NCBI GenBank assembly: GCA_050177605.1
Contig: JBFXGX010000030.1
Location: 1-20,386 of the forward strand
DNA length: 20,386 nt
Direction of reading: 5' to 3'
From: Candidatus Izemoplasmatales bacterium
GTDB lineage: Bacteria; Bacillota_I; Bacilli_A; Izemoplasmatales; Hujiaoplasmataceae
Below the pieces are notes generated by a model. That model was not told the origin of the DNA and did not search any database. It was given only the letters and a program-made list of their open reading frames with translations. Each line of letters begins with the position of its first letter. The first letter of the stretch is position 1. The translations under genes were made by a program, and so were the position numbers. Positions 8,226 through 19,561 of the stretch are shown here, piece by piece.

Positions 8226-8673
8226 ACTTCCCTGTGGAACCGAAACCACCGAGTCTTTTTACGTTTGAAACTTCCTCGCTGTCTACGGTTAAGTAGTTGA
8301 TAAAGATTCCTTGAGACACTCTTTCACCTTTTTCTAAATGGACAGGTTCACTGCCATAATTGTAAAGTAAGATTTGGATATGTCCTTCATTGGATTCGTT
8401 ATTGTAATAGTCTTTATCGATGATACCAACGCTATTAATCAGCGTTAAATGTTTTTTCATCGCAAGACTGCTTCTTGCATACATTTGTAAAACTTCTCCA
8501 TCTTGCATGTAAGCTTTGATTCCTGTAGGAACAGGAACGATTTTTCCTGGTTCAATCACAGTATCATGAGCACATTCAAAATCATAACCAGCACTATGGG
8601 TTGTGTTTCTTTTTGGAAGATGAATGTCTTGATTTAGGTAATTCGTAATCACTTCAAATCCACGCTTTTTCAT
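8224..8673 (-). CDS. dut: Trimeric dUTP diphosphatase
   Basis: All five motifs present: AGYDF, RSS, GIIDKDY, ERVSQ and RLGGFGSTG. SD AGGAGG overlaps the atpC stop. Confidence 0.95.
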   Translation of the reverse strand: MKKRGFEVITNYLNQDIHLPKRNTTHSAGYDFECAHDTVIEPGKIVPVPTGIKAYMQDGEVLQMYARSSLAMKKHLTLINSVGIIDKDYYNNESNEGHIQILLYNYGSEPVHLEKGERVSQGIFINYLTVDSEEVSNVKRLGGFGSTGK

Positions 8674-8681
8674 ACATCCTC

Positions 8682-9074
8682 CTATAAGGAACCAGCGCCA
8701 CTTGCTTGAATTTGTTTTTTAAGTTCACGCTCCGCAAGGGCAAGTTCGACATTTCTCTTCTTATTTTCTTCAAGACGAGAATTTCTGATTTCAGTTAAAT
8801 TTTCAAAGGCTTTTTCTTTGCTTTTACCGATAAAGGCATCTTGGGCAATCACGGTGATTTCGTCATTATGATTTTCTAAGATTCCACCGATGACAACGAC
8901 ATAATACGTCAAGTTGCCTTGCTCGAGTTTTAAGTATCCCGTATCGATGGTTGAGGCAATCGGTAAATGGTTGGGTAAAATCCCGTATTCGCCGTTGCTT
9001 TTACTCGAAACGAGCACGAATGAAACTTCTTCGTTATAAAGTTCACCATCAGGTGTCGTTATCACTATTCGCAT
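8682..9074 (-). CDS. atpC: F1 ATP synthase epsilon subunit
   Basis: ITTPDG, GEYGILPNHLP and VIGGILE beta-sandwich motifs plus a C-terminal helical region; follows atpD. Confidence 0.95.
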   Translation of the reverse strand: MRIVITTPDGELYNEEVSFVLVSSKSNGEYGILPNHLPIASTIDTGYLKLEQGNLTYYVVVIGGILENHNDEITVIAQDAFIGKSKEKAFENLTEIRNSRLEENKKRNVELALAERELKKQIQASGAGSL

Positions 9075-9090
9075 CGTTTTTTCTCCTTTG

Positions 9091-10512
<1,422 letters not shown>

Positions 10513-11379
10513 CTACTTTACGGCGTTGGCACCACCGATAATGTCGGTGAGTTCCTTCGTAATCGCAGCTTGTCTGGCACGATTATAGAGTAATGTTTGT
10601 TTTTGAATTACGTCACTTGCATTATCGGATGCGTTTTTCATTGCGGTCATACGCGAAGCATGTTCGCTTGTTTTTGCATCTAAGATAATGCCAAATAAAG
10701 TGTATTCAATAAAGATTGGTAATAATTGATTTGCGACTTGCGATGGACTTGGTTCAAATAAATAAGTAATCGGTTTTTGAGTCGCATCTTCTAAAATATC
10801 TTGTAATGGGAGTAATACTTCTTCTCTCATTTGTTGAATCATTGTATTGACATAATGCGAATAAATGACAACGATTTTATCAACGTTTCCTTCGATATAA
10901 AGACTCGTGAATGCTTTTGACATCGCTTCGAAGTCAATAAACTGGACTTCATCACGACTGTTGATTGATTCTTTATTTAATAAAGGAATACCGTTTCTTT
11001 TACAAAAGGAGAATCCGCGAAAGCCAATCGTTGCGACGATATATTCTTTATCACTTTGATGTCTTTCAGCGACCAATTTTTGAAAGTATTTTGTCACATT
11101 TGCGTTATAAGGACCCGCTAGCCCTCTGTCGCTTGTAACTAAGATATATCCTGTTTTTTTAATTTCTCTTTTTTCTAAGAGAGGATGATGAAATTCAGGA
11201 TTGGATAGTAAAATACTTTGAAGAATGGTTTTGACTTGGTTTTTTAATGGGGTGAAAGAACGGTATCGTCTTTCAATCTTTCTGAGTTTTGAAGCGCTGA
11301 CCATATTCATCGCTTTGGTTATTTGCGAAGTTTTCTTCGTCGCTTCAATACGATTTTTGATTTCTCTTAATGCGGCCAT
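10513..11379 (-). CDS. atpG: F1 ATP synthase gamma subunit
   Basis: QITKAMNMVSASK, TSDRGLAG, SEHASRMTAMKNASDNA and YNRARQAAITKEL. Confidence 0.98.
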   Translation of the reverse strand: MAALREIKNRIEATKKTSQITKAMNMVSASKLRKIERRYRSFTPLKNQVKTILQSILLSNPEFHHPLLEKREIKKTGYILVTSDRGLAGPYNANVTKYFQKLVAERHQSDKEYIVATIGFRGFSFCKRNGIPLLNKESINSRDEVQFIDFEAMSKAFTSLYIEGNVDKIVVIYSHYVNTMIQQMREEVLLPLQDILEDATQKPITYLFEPSPSQVANQLLPIFIEYTLFGIILDAKTSEHASRMTAMKNASDNASDVIQKQTLLYNRARQAAITKELTDIIGGANAVK

Positions 11380-11394
11380 AGCTTCCCCTCCTCA

Positions 11395-12900
11395 CTAAAT
11401 AAAATCAGCAGAAAATACATCGAGTAATTTTTCTAATTGTTTTGCGTCTTTAATTTCTTTGGTTTCACGAACACTGGCTAAAAATGCATTTCCATCTTTA
11501 TTATGATCTAAGAATTGATGGAAAGATGTTTCAAAGCGGTGAACATCTTCAACTTTCACATTATCAAGATAGCCATTGTTAAGTGCGAAAATAGAAACGG
11601 CTTGTTTTTCAAATGGCATCGTTTGATGAAGTCCTTGTTTAAGAAGTTCTACTGTTCTACTACCACGGTCAAGTTTCGCTTTCGTTGCATCATCTAAGTC
11701 AGAACCAAATTGAGTAAATGCTTCTAACTCTCTAAAACTAGCTAAGTCAAGACGAAGTGTTCCTGAAACTTTTTTAATTGCTTTATACTGTGCACTACCA
11801 CCAACACGGCTTACGGATAACCCGGCGTTAATGGCAGGACGAATACCTGAATAGAATAACTTGGATTGTAAGAAGATTTGTCCATCTGTAATTGAAATCA
11901 CGTTTGTAGGAATATAAGCTGAGATATCTCCTTCTTGTGTTTCAATAATTGGAAGAGCTGTAATTGACCCACCACCAAGTTGATCATTTAATTTTGCGGC
12001 ACGTTCAAGAAGTCTTGAATGTAGATAGAATACATCTCCAGGGAAAGCTTCGCGTCCTGGCGGTCTACGAAGTAATAAAGAAAGTTCACGATATGCAATC
12101 GCATGTTTACTTAAATCATCATAAATGATTAAAACATGTTTTCCAGCAAACATAAATTCTTCTGCCATCGTAACACCAGCATAAGGGGCTAAGAATAATA
12201 ATGGTGCAGGGTCACTAGCGGAAGCTGTGACGATGAAGGAATAACTAAGAGCATCATACTTTTTAAGTGTTTCAAGAACATTTAAAACGGTTGATTTCTT
12301 TTGTCCAATCGCAACATAGATACAAATAACATCTCCACCTTTTTGGTTTAGAATTGTATCAACCGCGATCGATGTTTTTCCTGTTTGACGGTCACCGATA
12401 ATTAATTCACGTTGTCCTCTACCAATCGGTACTAAAGCATCGAGTACTTTTATTCCTGTTTGTAGTGGTTCTGTTACACCTTTACGATCGATAACGCCTG
12501 TTGCTTTACGTTCAATCGGACGTGTTTTCTTAGCATTGATTGCGCCGAGTCCATCTAAAGGTTGTCCTAGTGGATTGACGACACGACCAATTAATTCTTC
12601 TCCAACAGGAACTTCTAAGATTTTTCCAGTTGTTTTAACAACGTCTCCTTCTTTGATTGAAGAAGAATCATTTAATAAAATAACACCAACGTGGCTTTTT
12701 TCAAGATTTTGAACCATCCCGTAAACTTCATTAGGAAATACGAGTAATTCACCACTCATGGCATTGTCTAATCCATAGACAAGGGCAATACCATCTCCCA
12801 CTGAGATGACACTTCCAACTTCTTCAGTATGAATTTTTGTTTGGTAGTTTTTAATTTGTTCTTTGAGTAAAGAACTAATTTCTAAACGATCAATTGGCAT
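11395..12900 (-). CDS. atpA: F1 ATP synthase alpha subunit
   Basis: [36 protein letters not shown] and [11 protein letters not shown]. Confidence 0.99.
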   Translation of the reverse strand: MPIDRLEISSLLKEQIKNYQTKIHTEEVGSVISVGDGIALVYGLDNAMSGELLVFPNEVYGMVQNLEKSHVGVILLNDSSSIKEGDVVKTTGKILEVPVGEELIGRVVNPLGQPLDGLGAINAKKTRPIERKATGVIDRKGVTEPLQTGIKVLDALVPIGRGQRELIIGDRQTGKTSIAVDTILNQKGGDVICIYVAIGQKKSTVLNVLETLKKYDALSYSFIVTASASDPAPLLFLAPYAGVTMAEEFMFAGKHVLIIYDDLSKHAIAYRELSLLLRRPPGREAFPGDVFYLHSRLLERAAKLNDQLGGGSITALPIIETQEGDISAYIPTNVISITDGQIFLQSKLFYSGIRPAINAGLSVSRVGGSAQYKAIKKVSGTLRLDLASFRELEAFTQFGSDLDDATKAKLDRGSRTVELLKQGLHQTMPFEKQAVSIFALNNGYLDNVKVEDVHRFETSFHQFLDHNKDGNAFLASVRETKEIKDAKQLEKLLDVFSADFI

Positions 12901-12911
12901 ATTTTTTCACC

Positions 12912-13430
12912 TCAGTTTTTCTTTAAAGTCGTGACTAAATCCTTGAGTCTTCTCGAAGCTGTATCATCCAGTTCATATCCTTCAAAACGGAGTTTATACC
13001 CTGCAATAATACTTTTGTCAGTTGTTTCTTCTAACAAGACCTTACGATTGTAGTCCTTCTCTAATTTATTCTTAATTCTGGTTAAATAAACTTTCTCAAG
13101 CGGTTCTTTGGAAAGCACCTCTACCTTTAATAATTGATTTTGATTTTTAATGATATCTTCTAAGGAAATTGAAATCTCGTCAATAAACTCAAAACGTTCA
13201 TTGTCAATCAGTACTTTTAAAAAGTCAGAAAGCAGCGGATGAACATTTAATTTTTCAATAACGAGCTTCTTTTCTGATTTTTGAAAAGCAGGATGAGAGA
13301 AAAACAATCTGCTTTCAAGATCAAGATTTGAAATAAAACCTTGAAGAGATTCACTTACTTTATCAAGCGTGCCATCTTCACTTGCAAGCGAAAAAAGAGC
13401 GAGTGCGTATTCTCTTACGAAATCTGTCAT
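12912..13430 (-). CDS. atpH: F1 ATP synthase delta subunit
   Basis: YALALF N-terminus, FLKVLIDNER and DKSIIAG..DDT motifs. Sits between atpF and atpA, with an ATGA overlap. Confidence 0.92.
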   Translation of the reverse strand: MTDFVREYALALFSLASEDGTLDKVSESLQGFISNLDLESRLFFSHPAFQKSEKKLVIEKLNVHPLLSDFLKVLIDNERFEFIDEISISLEDIIKNQNQLLKVEVLSKEPLEKVYLTRIKNKLEKDYNRKVLLEETTDKSIIAGYKLRFEGYELDDTASRRLKDLVTTLKKN

Positions 13431-13960
13431 ACTTCCTCACTACTTTCAAAATCGTCTAAAGACATCGATGTATAACTTGCGCCATCGACTTCTTTTTTGA
13501 TAATCTTTTCAGCCATTACAACCGCTAGTTCAATCACCTCGTTACGAAGATCAGCACGTGCACGTTCTTTTTCCATTTCCAATTCTTCTTCTTTGGTTTG
13601 GATTAAACGTTGAGCTTCTTCCTTCGCTGCTTGAATGATTTTACTTTTTTCGTTCTCGCCTTGTGTTTTGGCAGACTCGATAATTTCTTTTGAACGAACT
13701 AAAATCTCTGTTCTTTCTTCGATTGCACTTTCCTTTAATTCTTTCGCTTCTTGGTTTAGTACCTTAGCATTATCAATCTCATGGGCCATAAATTCTTGTC
13801 TTGCAGTTAAGAAGGCAGTAATTTTATTCCAAAAGAAGACACGGACCACAACGACTAAAATAAGCGTTGCGATGATTTGAACCAACATTTGCGTTAAATT
13901 TAAATCAAGTGCAGAGTTAATCACATCGGTTATCGATGAAAGCATATAAACATGCATCAT
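13427..13960 (-). CDS. atpF: Fo ATP synthase subunit b
   Basis: Single N-terminal TM ending FFWNKI..L.ARQ, followed by a long charged coiled coil. SD AGGAGG. Confidence 0.94.
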   Translation of the reverse strand: MMHVYMLSSITDVINSALDLNLTQMLVQIIATLILVVVVRVFFWNKITAFLTARQEFMAHEIDNAKVLNQEAKELKESAIEERTEILVRSKEIIESAKTQGENEKSKIIQAAKEEAQRLIQTKEEELEMEKERARADLRNEVIELAVVMAEKIIKKEVDGASYTSMSLDDFESSEEV

Positions 13961-14002
13961 TCATAACCTCCTTTTTTCATTAATTTAAGTAATTGTAGGT
14001 TC

Positions 14003-14293
<291 letters not shown>

Positions 14294-14319
14294 CTAATTG
14301 GTTATTTTAATTTTATTGA

Positions 14320-15021
14320 TTATTCACCGCTATCAGCGGCCATTGAAATGTTAACTAAGCTTAACATAAAGAAAACAAATGCTTGAATGATGCCAAAGAA
14401 GACATCGAAAACACCATGAAGTAACAAGGATGCGGTCACCCCAAAAATTCCTTGTAGGAATCCGATTCCAAAGTTGAGTGCTGAATAAACCATAAAGGAA
14501 ATAATCGCACCACTAAAGAGGTTCACGAAGAGACGAAGTCCCATCGTTAATGGTTTTGAAAATTCTGAAATCAAGTTCATTGGTAAGAGTAATATGAATA
14601 ATGGCTTCCAAGCGCCAAGTAAATTACTTACTTTACCTTTTACCCCTTGGAACTTAAATTCTGCGATTTGTAACATGAAGAATGTCAGAATTGACATCGT
14701 CATCGCCAGTCCTAAATTCGAAAATGGCGGAGCGAGTCCAATCAGTGAAATCGTGTTACCTACCGAAAGAAAGATAATGACTGTGAAAAGATAAGGTCCA
14801 AACATCGTAAATCTTTTTCCAGTTAAATTATCTTTGATGAAATTGTTAAAGAACCCTACAATCGATACCCATATGAATACCATTCCTTTAGGTGTATCGG
14901 TTGGACTCATTTTTCCGACTTTATAACCAACATAGATAAACATCACTGAAAGAATGGTTATAATTAAGAAACTCGAAAATATCGGTCCAGAAAGTAAAGG
15001 TCCCCAATAAGGACTAATCAA
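14320..15021 (-). CDS. atpB: Fo ATP synthase subunit a
   Basis: PMNLISEFSKPLTMGLRLFVN (essential Arg) and IQAFVFFML. Likely start is TTG 15021, 5 nt after SD AAGGTGA; the start position is less certain than the identity. Confidence 0.93.
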   Translation of the reverse strand: MISPYWGPLLSGPIFSSFLIITILSVMFIYVGYKVGKMSPTDTPKGMVFIWVSIVGFFNNFIKDNLTGKRFTMFGPYLFTVIIFLSVGNTISLIGLAPPFSNLGLAMTMSILTFFMLQIAEFKFQGVKGKVSNLLGAWKPLFILLLPMNLISEFSKPLTMGLRLFVNLFSGAIISFMVYSALNFGIGFLQGIFGVTASLLLHGVFDVFFGIIQAFVFFMLSLVNISMAADSGE

Positions 15022-15412
15022 GTCTGTCACCTTCTCCCTTTTTTGCATAATAGAATGTGAGCGGGATTAAAACGATTCTAAATGTCAGCATTCCGAATGC
15101 CGCAAGATAGAGATTCCATCCTTCCATCGTATTACAGATAAACAGGATGATTCCATAAAACACAAATCTTGCAATGTACATTGAGATTGATTTCAATCGA
15201 ACACTATCCGGTTGATATTGAAACGCTGCTTTTAATACACGGTAATTAAGGCTATTCATTAAAAGAGAGGATGCACTTCCGAGGATAAAGCTTGTGAGAT
15301 CATCTGTGCTTTGGGTTACGAGATAAATCACTAAACTCACGATGATGACATAAGGCCAAGCAAACAAAAATGTTTTTTCGATTACATTAAGTTTTTTTTC
15401 CAGAATCGTCAC
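15014..15412 (-). CDS. atpI: ATP synthase protein I (about 4 TM); start codon uncertain (GTG 15412 or CTG 15403)
   Basis: Hydrophobic ~130-aa protein directly before atpB with an ARFVFY segment resembling the AtpI conserved Arg region. Confidence 0.8.
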   Translation of the reverse strand: MTILEKKLNVIEKTFLFAWPYVIIVSLVIYLVTQSTDDLTSFILGSASSLLMNSLNYRVLKAAFQYQPDSVRLKSISMYIARFVFYGIILFICNTMEGWNLYLAAFGMLTFRIVLIPLTFYYAKKGEGDRLD

Positions 15413-15632
15413 CCCCAGATAATTTAAGTGCCCTAGAAATTAAACTTCCAAGAGCACCAAACATCCCTAAGATTAATAATATGTATACAAAAAGTTGTTT
15501 ATCTTCAAACAACCATGAATCTAACTTTTTCCCAATAAAATATCCGAGTCCCATTCCTACGAAGACTTCCATAAAGAACTGACTCACGATATTCATTGCT
15601 AAATAATTTTGTTTTGCTTCTTTTTTATTCAC
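15387..15632 (-). CDS. AtpZ/AtpI-family (ATPase gene 1) small 2-TM protein
   Basis: GMGLGYFIGKKLDSWLF...LILGMFG matches the G..LG..LD.....LG pattern of this family. First gene of the atp cluster. Start is uncertain: GTG 15632 just after the upp stop, or ATG 15596. Confidence 0.75.
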   Translation of the reverse strand: MNKKEAKQNYLAMNIVSQFFMEVFVGMGLGYFIGKKLDSWLFEDKQLFVYILLILGMFGALGSLISRALKLSGGDDSGKKT

Positions 15633-15636
15633 GTTT

Positions 15637-16263
15637 TTATTTGGTGCCGAATAAACGATCTCCACAATCTCCTAGACCTGGGACAATATATCCTACTTCA
15701 TTGAGACGTTCATCAATCATCGCAAGATAAATATCTACATCAGGATAAGCTGTTTGGAGTGCCTTAATCCCTTCTGGGCATCCGACAAGTCCAACAAATC
15801 GAATATCTTTGGCGCCGCGTTCCTTCACTTGTTTGATGGCGGCGATTGCACTTCCTCCTGTCGCTAACATAGGATCCACGACAAGGACTGTCGCGTCTTT
15901 AATCACATCAGGAAATTTCGCATAATAAGCATGGGGTAATAGGGTTTCTTCATCGCGGTATAAACCGATATGTCCAATCTTCGCGGAAGGGATCACGTTA
16001 TGGATTCCATCAACCATGCCAAGACCAGCACGTAAGATTGGCACAATCACAACTTCTTTCGCTAAGGTTTGGCAAATCGTTTTGGCGATTGGAGTTTCAA
16101 CTTCAATCGGTTTCGTTTGTAAATCTCTCGTAATTTCATAGGTCACTAAAGTACCAATCTCATTGACGTTTTCACGGAATGTCTTGGTGTCAGTTAACTT
16201 ATTACGAATGATTGCCATCTTATGCTCAATGAGCGGATGTTTAATCTCGACTACTTTTCCCAT
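15637..16263 (-). CDS. upp: Uracil phosphoribosyltransferase
   Basis: [26 protein letters not shown] and [22 protein letters not shown] overlap with rpiB. Confidence 0.98.
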   Translation of the reverse strand: MGKVVEIKHPLIEHKMAIIRNKLTDTKTFRENVNEIGTLVTYEITRDLQTKPIEVETPIAKTICQTLAKEVVIVPILRAGLGMVDGIHNVIPSAKIGHIGLYRDEETLLPHAYYAKFPDVIKDATVLVVDPMLATGGSAIAAIKQVKERGAKDIRFVGLVGCPEGIKALQTAYPDVDIYLAMIDERLNEVGYIVPGLGDCGDRLFGTK

Positions 16264-16709
16264 TATCTGTTCTCCTCATAATCACTTATTCTTTTGATTC
16301 TTTGTAAATGTCTTGGTGTATTTTCATTTTCAGTTTCAAAATATAAATCTACAAAATGAAGAACTTCTTCGAGTGTATTGGTCCTACTGCCTAAGCAAAG
16401 GACATTTGCATTGTTATGTGCTTTGGTAGCCTGAGCCCCAAATTCGCTTTGAACTGCAGCGGCTCTAATGCCTTTCACTTTATTTGCGGCAATACTCATT
16501 CCAATGCCTGTGCCACAAATTAAGATGCCTGCATCTGCTTCTTTATTACTTACGGACTCCGCTACTTTAAAAGCGTAGATAGGATAATCTGTTGATTCGC
16601 TAGAGTTGGTTCCCATGTCCGCTACTTCGAAGCCTTTTGACTTTAAATGATCGATGATTGGCTGTTTGTATACATAGCCCGCATGATCTGATCCAATAGA
16701 TATTTTCAT
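16263..16709 (-). CDS. rpiB: Ribose-5-phosphate isomerase B, 148 aa
   Basis: [22 protein letters not shown] and HNNANVL motifs. Start moved to ATG 16709 after SD AAGGAG. Confidence 0.96.
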   Translation of the reverse strand: MKISIGSDHAGYVYKQPIIDHLKSKGFEVADMGTNSSESTDYPIYAFKVAESVSNKEADAGILICGTGIGMSIAANKVKGIRAAAVQSEFGAQATKAHNNANVLCLGSRTNTLEEVLHFVDLYFETENENTPRHLQRIKRISDYEENR

Positions 16710-16742
16710 ATGACCATCTCCTTTAAACTCATAACTATAACA

Positions 16743-16771
16743 ATTATAGCAAAAACGCCCTTCTTTTACAA
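16743..16771 (-). promoter_or_regulatory. sigma-A promoter of the rpiB-upp-atp-dut operon
   Basis: TTGTAA (16771..16766), 17 nt ending in TGC (extended -10), TATAAT (16748..16743). Confidence 0.85.
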
Positions 16772-16794
16772 TCAAAAAAATCAAAAAGTTGGGC

Positions 16795-16821
16795 AAAGAA
16801 AAAAGACGTATTTACGTCTTT
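16795..16821 (-). terminator. Intrinsic terminator after tsaC
   Basis: Minus strand AAAGACGT-AAAT-ACGTCTTT followed by TTTCTTT. Confidence 0.8.
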
Positions 16822-16823
16822 AT

Positions 16824-17390
16824 TCATTCTTCATTCTTGATAACAAGTTCGCCTTGTCGTAAGACTTTCTTTGTAATCGTATCAAACACTGTGGAAGCAC
16901 TATGCGAAAGTGTCCCACCATCAATCATATAATCAACCTGATCTTCAAATAGCTTTGCTTCTTCAAAATCTAAAATCGATGGTTTGGAAGAGATGTTTAG
17001 ACTGGTCACAACCATTGGTCCAAAATGATTTAGGATGGCAAGTGATATTTCATGACGAGGCATCCTTATTCCAACAGTTGGATTCCCCGCGGTGATTAGC
17101 GGATCAACCAAATCATTTTTAGCTGAAATCAGGGTTAATGCACCTGGCCAGTAGCGTGATGCATAAGGTTCTAATGAAGCCGTGTCTTTCACTAAACTAT
17201 TCAGTTGATCAGTAGATGAAATCAAGATAGCGAATGGTTTTGAATAATCGCGTTCTTTTATCTCATAGATTCGTTTGACACTTTCTAAATCACTCAGTAA
17301 ACAACCAATTCCATAAACGGTATCGGTTGGAAAAACAATTACTTTACCCCATAAATCTTTGGTTAATAGTTCGCTTAATGAAACGATCAT
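16824..17390 (-). CDS. tsaC: L-threonylcarbamoyladenylate synthase (YrdC/TsaC, single-domain form)
   Basis: FPTDTVYGI, KxR (IKER..KP), WPGALT, VGIRMP, TSxN, STV and LRQG motifs. 188 aa, with no C-terminal SUA5 domain. Confidence 0.9.
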   Translation of the reverse strand: MIVSLSELLTKDLWGKVIVFPTDTVYGIGCLLSDLESVKRIYEIKERDYSKPFAILISSTDQLNSLVKDTASLEPYASRYWPGALTLISAKNDLVDPLITAGNPTVGIRMPRHEISLAILNHFGPMVVTSLNISSKPSILDFEEAKLFEDQVDYMIDGGTLSHSASTVFDTITKKVLRQGELVIKNEE

Positions 17391-18055
17391 TGGTTTACCT
17401 TCTTTATGATTTCAATAATTTCTTTTGGTTCACTGACGATGTAGTCAGGAGATTCATTTTGAAGTTCTTCAAAATTCCGAAAACCCCACAAGCAAGCTAC
17501 TTTCGTTAAACCGCTATTTTGTGCCGTTTGCATATCCGTTGAAGTATCGCCTACATACAAAATTTCTTCTTTTTGAACACCTAATTCGCTCACTAATTCA
17601 TTGAGTTTTTTAGGATCTGGTTTTGGTAAGTACCCTTCCATTTTTCCATAGACTTTCGTAAATGGATGATCTCTAAAATAATAGTCGATGACATTGACCG
17701 TATCTTTGTGCGGTTTATTCGAAAGAACCGCTGAAGAGATTTTATTTTCATTTAAAAAACAGAGAAGATCATTAATTCCTGGATAAGGTGCTGTTTTGTT
17801 ACTGGCGTTTTTTGCGTAGATTTCTAAATAGTTTTTTTCAAGTTCAGGATAGAGATCGATTGAAGCATTTTGACGAAATAGAAGGCGTTCGATTAATTGC
17901 TTGACTCCATCTCCTACCATCACCTTATAAAGATCGGTTGAATAACTTTGTAAATGAAGTAATTCAAGTGCTTGGTTTGCGCTACTAGCAATATCCTCTA
18001 TCGTATTTAATAATGTGCCGTCTAGATCAAAAATAACTGCTTTAATTTTCTTCAT
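17387..18055 (-). CDS. HAD-superfamily phosphatase (Gph/phosphoglycolate phosphatase-like), 222 aa
   Basis: Motif I FDLDGTL, II LSNK, III KPDP, IV GDTSTD. Start moved to ATG 18055 after SD AAGGGGA. Substrate cannot be determined from sequence. Confidence 0.9.
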   Translation of the reverse strand: MKKIKAVIFDLDGTLLNTIEDIASSANQALELLHLQSYSTDLYKVMVGDGVKQLIERLLFRQNASIDLYPELEKNYLEIYAKNASNKTAPYPGINDLLCFLNENKISSAVLSNKPHKDTVNVIDYYFRDHPFTKVYGKMEGYLPKPDPKKLNELVSELGVQKEEILYVGDTSTDMQTAQNSGLTKVACLWGFRNFEELQNESPDYIVSEPKEIIEIIKKVNQ

Positions 18056-18065
18056 GCTTGTCCCC

Positions 18066-18686
18066 TTATAAGTCAAATGATAGTTGACCAAAAATGATTG
18101 ATTTGATTGGTTCATATGTTTTACGATGAACTGGTAAAATACCATACTGATGGATGGCTTCAATATGCTCTTTCGTCGGATATCCTTTATGTTTTTCAAA
18201 ATGATATTCTGGATAACGCTTTGCTAATTCTACCATATAATCATCTCTTGCCTCTTTGGCTAAGATCGATGCGGCCGCAATCGATGCACTGAGCGTATCG
18301 CCTTTGATAATCGCTTCAAAGGGAAGGTTACTTTCCTTTAAAGGCATCGCGTCCGATAAAATAAAATCTGGTTTAGAGGGTAGTTTGAACAATGCTTCAA
18401 TCATCGCTTTTTTTGATGCTTGATAGATATTGATTTCATCAATCACAGCTTCGCTCACAAAAACAATGGCATAAGCAAGAGCTCGTTCTTTAATTTCTTT
18501 GACTAATAACTGTCTTTTTTTCTTGGACAATTGCTTAGAGTCATTGAGCCCTTCAATTTTATCTTGAGGATTGAGAATGACCGCTGCAGCGGTGACGGGT
18601 CCTGCGAGAGGCCCTCTTCCCGCTTCATCTGTCCCTGCAATATGTTTATATCCCTCGAGGATATATTTTTCTTCAAACTCATACAT
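18066..18686 (-). CDS. rnhB: Ribonuclease HII, 206 aa
   Basis: GTDEAGRGPLAGPV, LNDSKQL, SDA, KGD..SASIAAASILAK..RD, HKGYPT and HRKTY. Start moved to ATG 18686, overlapping the rbgA end. Confidence 0.97.
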   Translation of the reverse strand: MYEFEEKYILEGYKHIAGTDEAGRGPLAGPVTAAAVILNPQDKIEGLNDSKQLSKKKRQLLVKEIKERALAYAIVFVSEAVIDEINIYQASKKAMIEALFKLPSKPDFILSDAMPLKESNLPFEAIIKGDTLSASIAAASILAKEARDDYMVELAKRYPEYHFEKHKGYPTKEHIEAIHQYGILPVHRKTYEPIKSIIFGQLSFDL

Positions 18687-19539
18687 TTTTTTCTGCTCGC
18701 TCGATGGTGATATATCCAAATCCCATATTTCTAAAATCATATAAAAACAACTTGTAAACTCGATCATAATCGATCTCACCTTTTTTGTAAATACAACCAC
18801 GGTTCATTCCGATTTGGTCGATGATTTCGACGATTGATTCATGTTCAAGTGTATCTAGTTTATACTTTTCTTTGAGTCTCTTTGGATAATTTTTGATTAA
18901 AAAGTTGAGCCCATAGATACAGACTTCATCAAGTGGTAAGATATCTTCTTTTATAGAGCCAAGAAGCGCTAGATGAAAAGCTGATTTCTCATCTTCGAAT
19001 TTTGGCCATAAAATACCAGGATTATCAAGAAGTTCAAGTTCATCGCCTGCTTTTAAATAAACTTGGGTCTTTGTCAGACCAGGTTTATCTCCCGTTTTCG
19101 CTTTATTTTTTCCTGCGAGTCGGTTAATAAATTGAGATTTGCCAACGTTTGGAATCCCAATAATCATTGCACGAATACTTCTTGATTTTAGTCCTCTGCG
19201 TGTTTCTTTCTCAAAGAGATCTTTTAACAACTCTTTGGATTTTGATAATACTTCTTTTAAGGGACTGCCCTGTGTCGAGGACACGGCAATCGCTGTTAAT
19301 CCAATCGAGCTATAATATTGAATCCAGTTTTTGGTTTCAAGTTCATCCGCAAGATCAGTTTTATTTAAAATGAGTAATCTTGGTTTATCTTTGATAATTT
19401 CAGCCATCATTGGATTTTCTGATGAATAGGGAATACGTGCATCTAGTAGCTCATAGACAATGTCCACCATTTGAAGTTTTTCTTCTACTTGTCTTCTGGC
19501 TTTCGCCATATGACCAGGAAACCATTGAATTTGTTTCAT
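18679..19539 (-). CDS. rbgA: Ribosome biogenesis GTPase RbgA/YlqF, 286 aa
   Basis: IQWFPGHMAKA, DARIP, and circularly permuted G4 NKTD, G1 GIPNVGKS, G2 PGLT, G3 DNPG. Start moved to ATG 19539 after SD AAAGGAG. Confidence 0.97.
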   Translation of the reverse strand: MKQIQWFPGHMAKARRQVEEKLQMVDIVYELLDARIPYSSENPMMAEIIKDKPRLLILNKTDLADELETKNWIQYYSSIGLTAIAVSSTQGSPLKEVLSKSKELLKDLFEKETRRGLKSRSIRAMIIGIPNVGKSQFINRLAGKNKAKTGDKPGLTKTQVYLKAGDELELLDNPGILWPKFEDEKSAFHLALLGSIKEDILPLDEVCIYGLNFLIKNYPKRLKEKYKLDTLEHESIVEIIDQIGMNRGCIYKKGEIDYDRVYKLFLYDFRNMGFGYITIERAEKNV

Positions 19540-19561
19540 CCTGTGCACACTCCTTTCTTTA

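Noticed and set aside
13957..13980. 7-codon mini-ORF (MKKGGYE) whose stop overlaps the atpF start
   Set aside because: No SD upstream; it is simply the atpF RBS region read in another frame.
16735..16749. CTATAA-N3-TTATAG inverted repeat over the rpiB -10 box
   Set aside because: Short and AT-rich, and half of it is the -10 itself; likely chance.
18679..18800. Long apparent overlaps among lepB/rbgA/rnhB/HAD, and N-terminal extensions of rpiB, pyrH, tsf, frr and uppS in the ORF track
   Set aside because: Artefacts of choosing the most upstream start codon. Downstream ATGs match the family N-termini and in most cases have a good SD.
19015..19026. RbgA G3 motif DNPG instead of the usual DTPG
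   Set aside because: DxxG is intact and all other G motifs are normal, so there is no basis for altered function.
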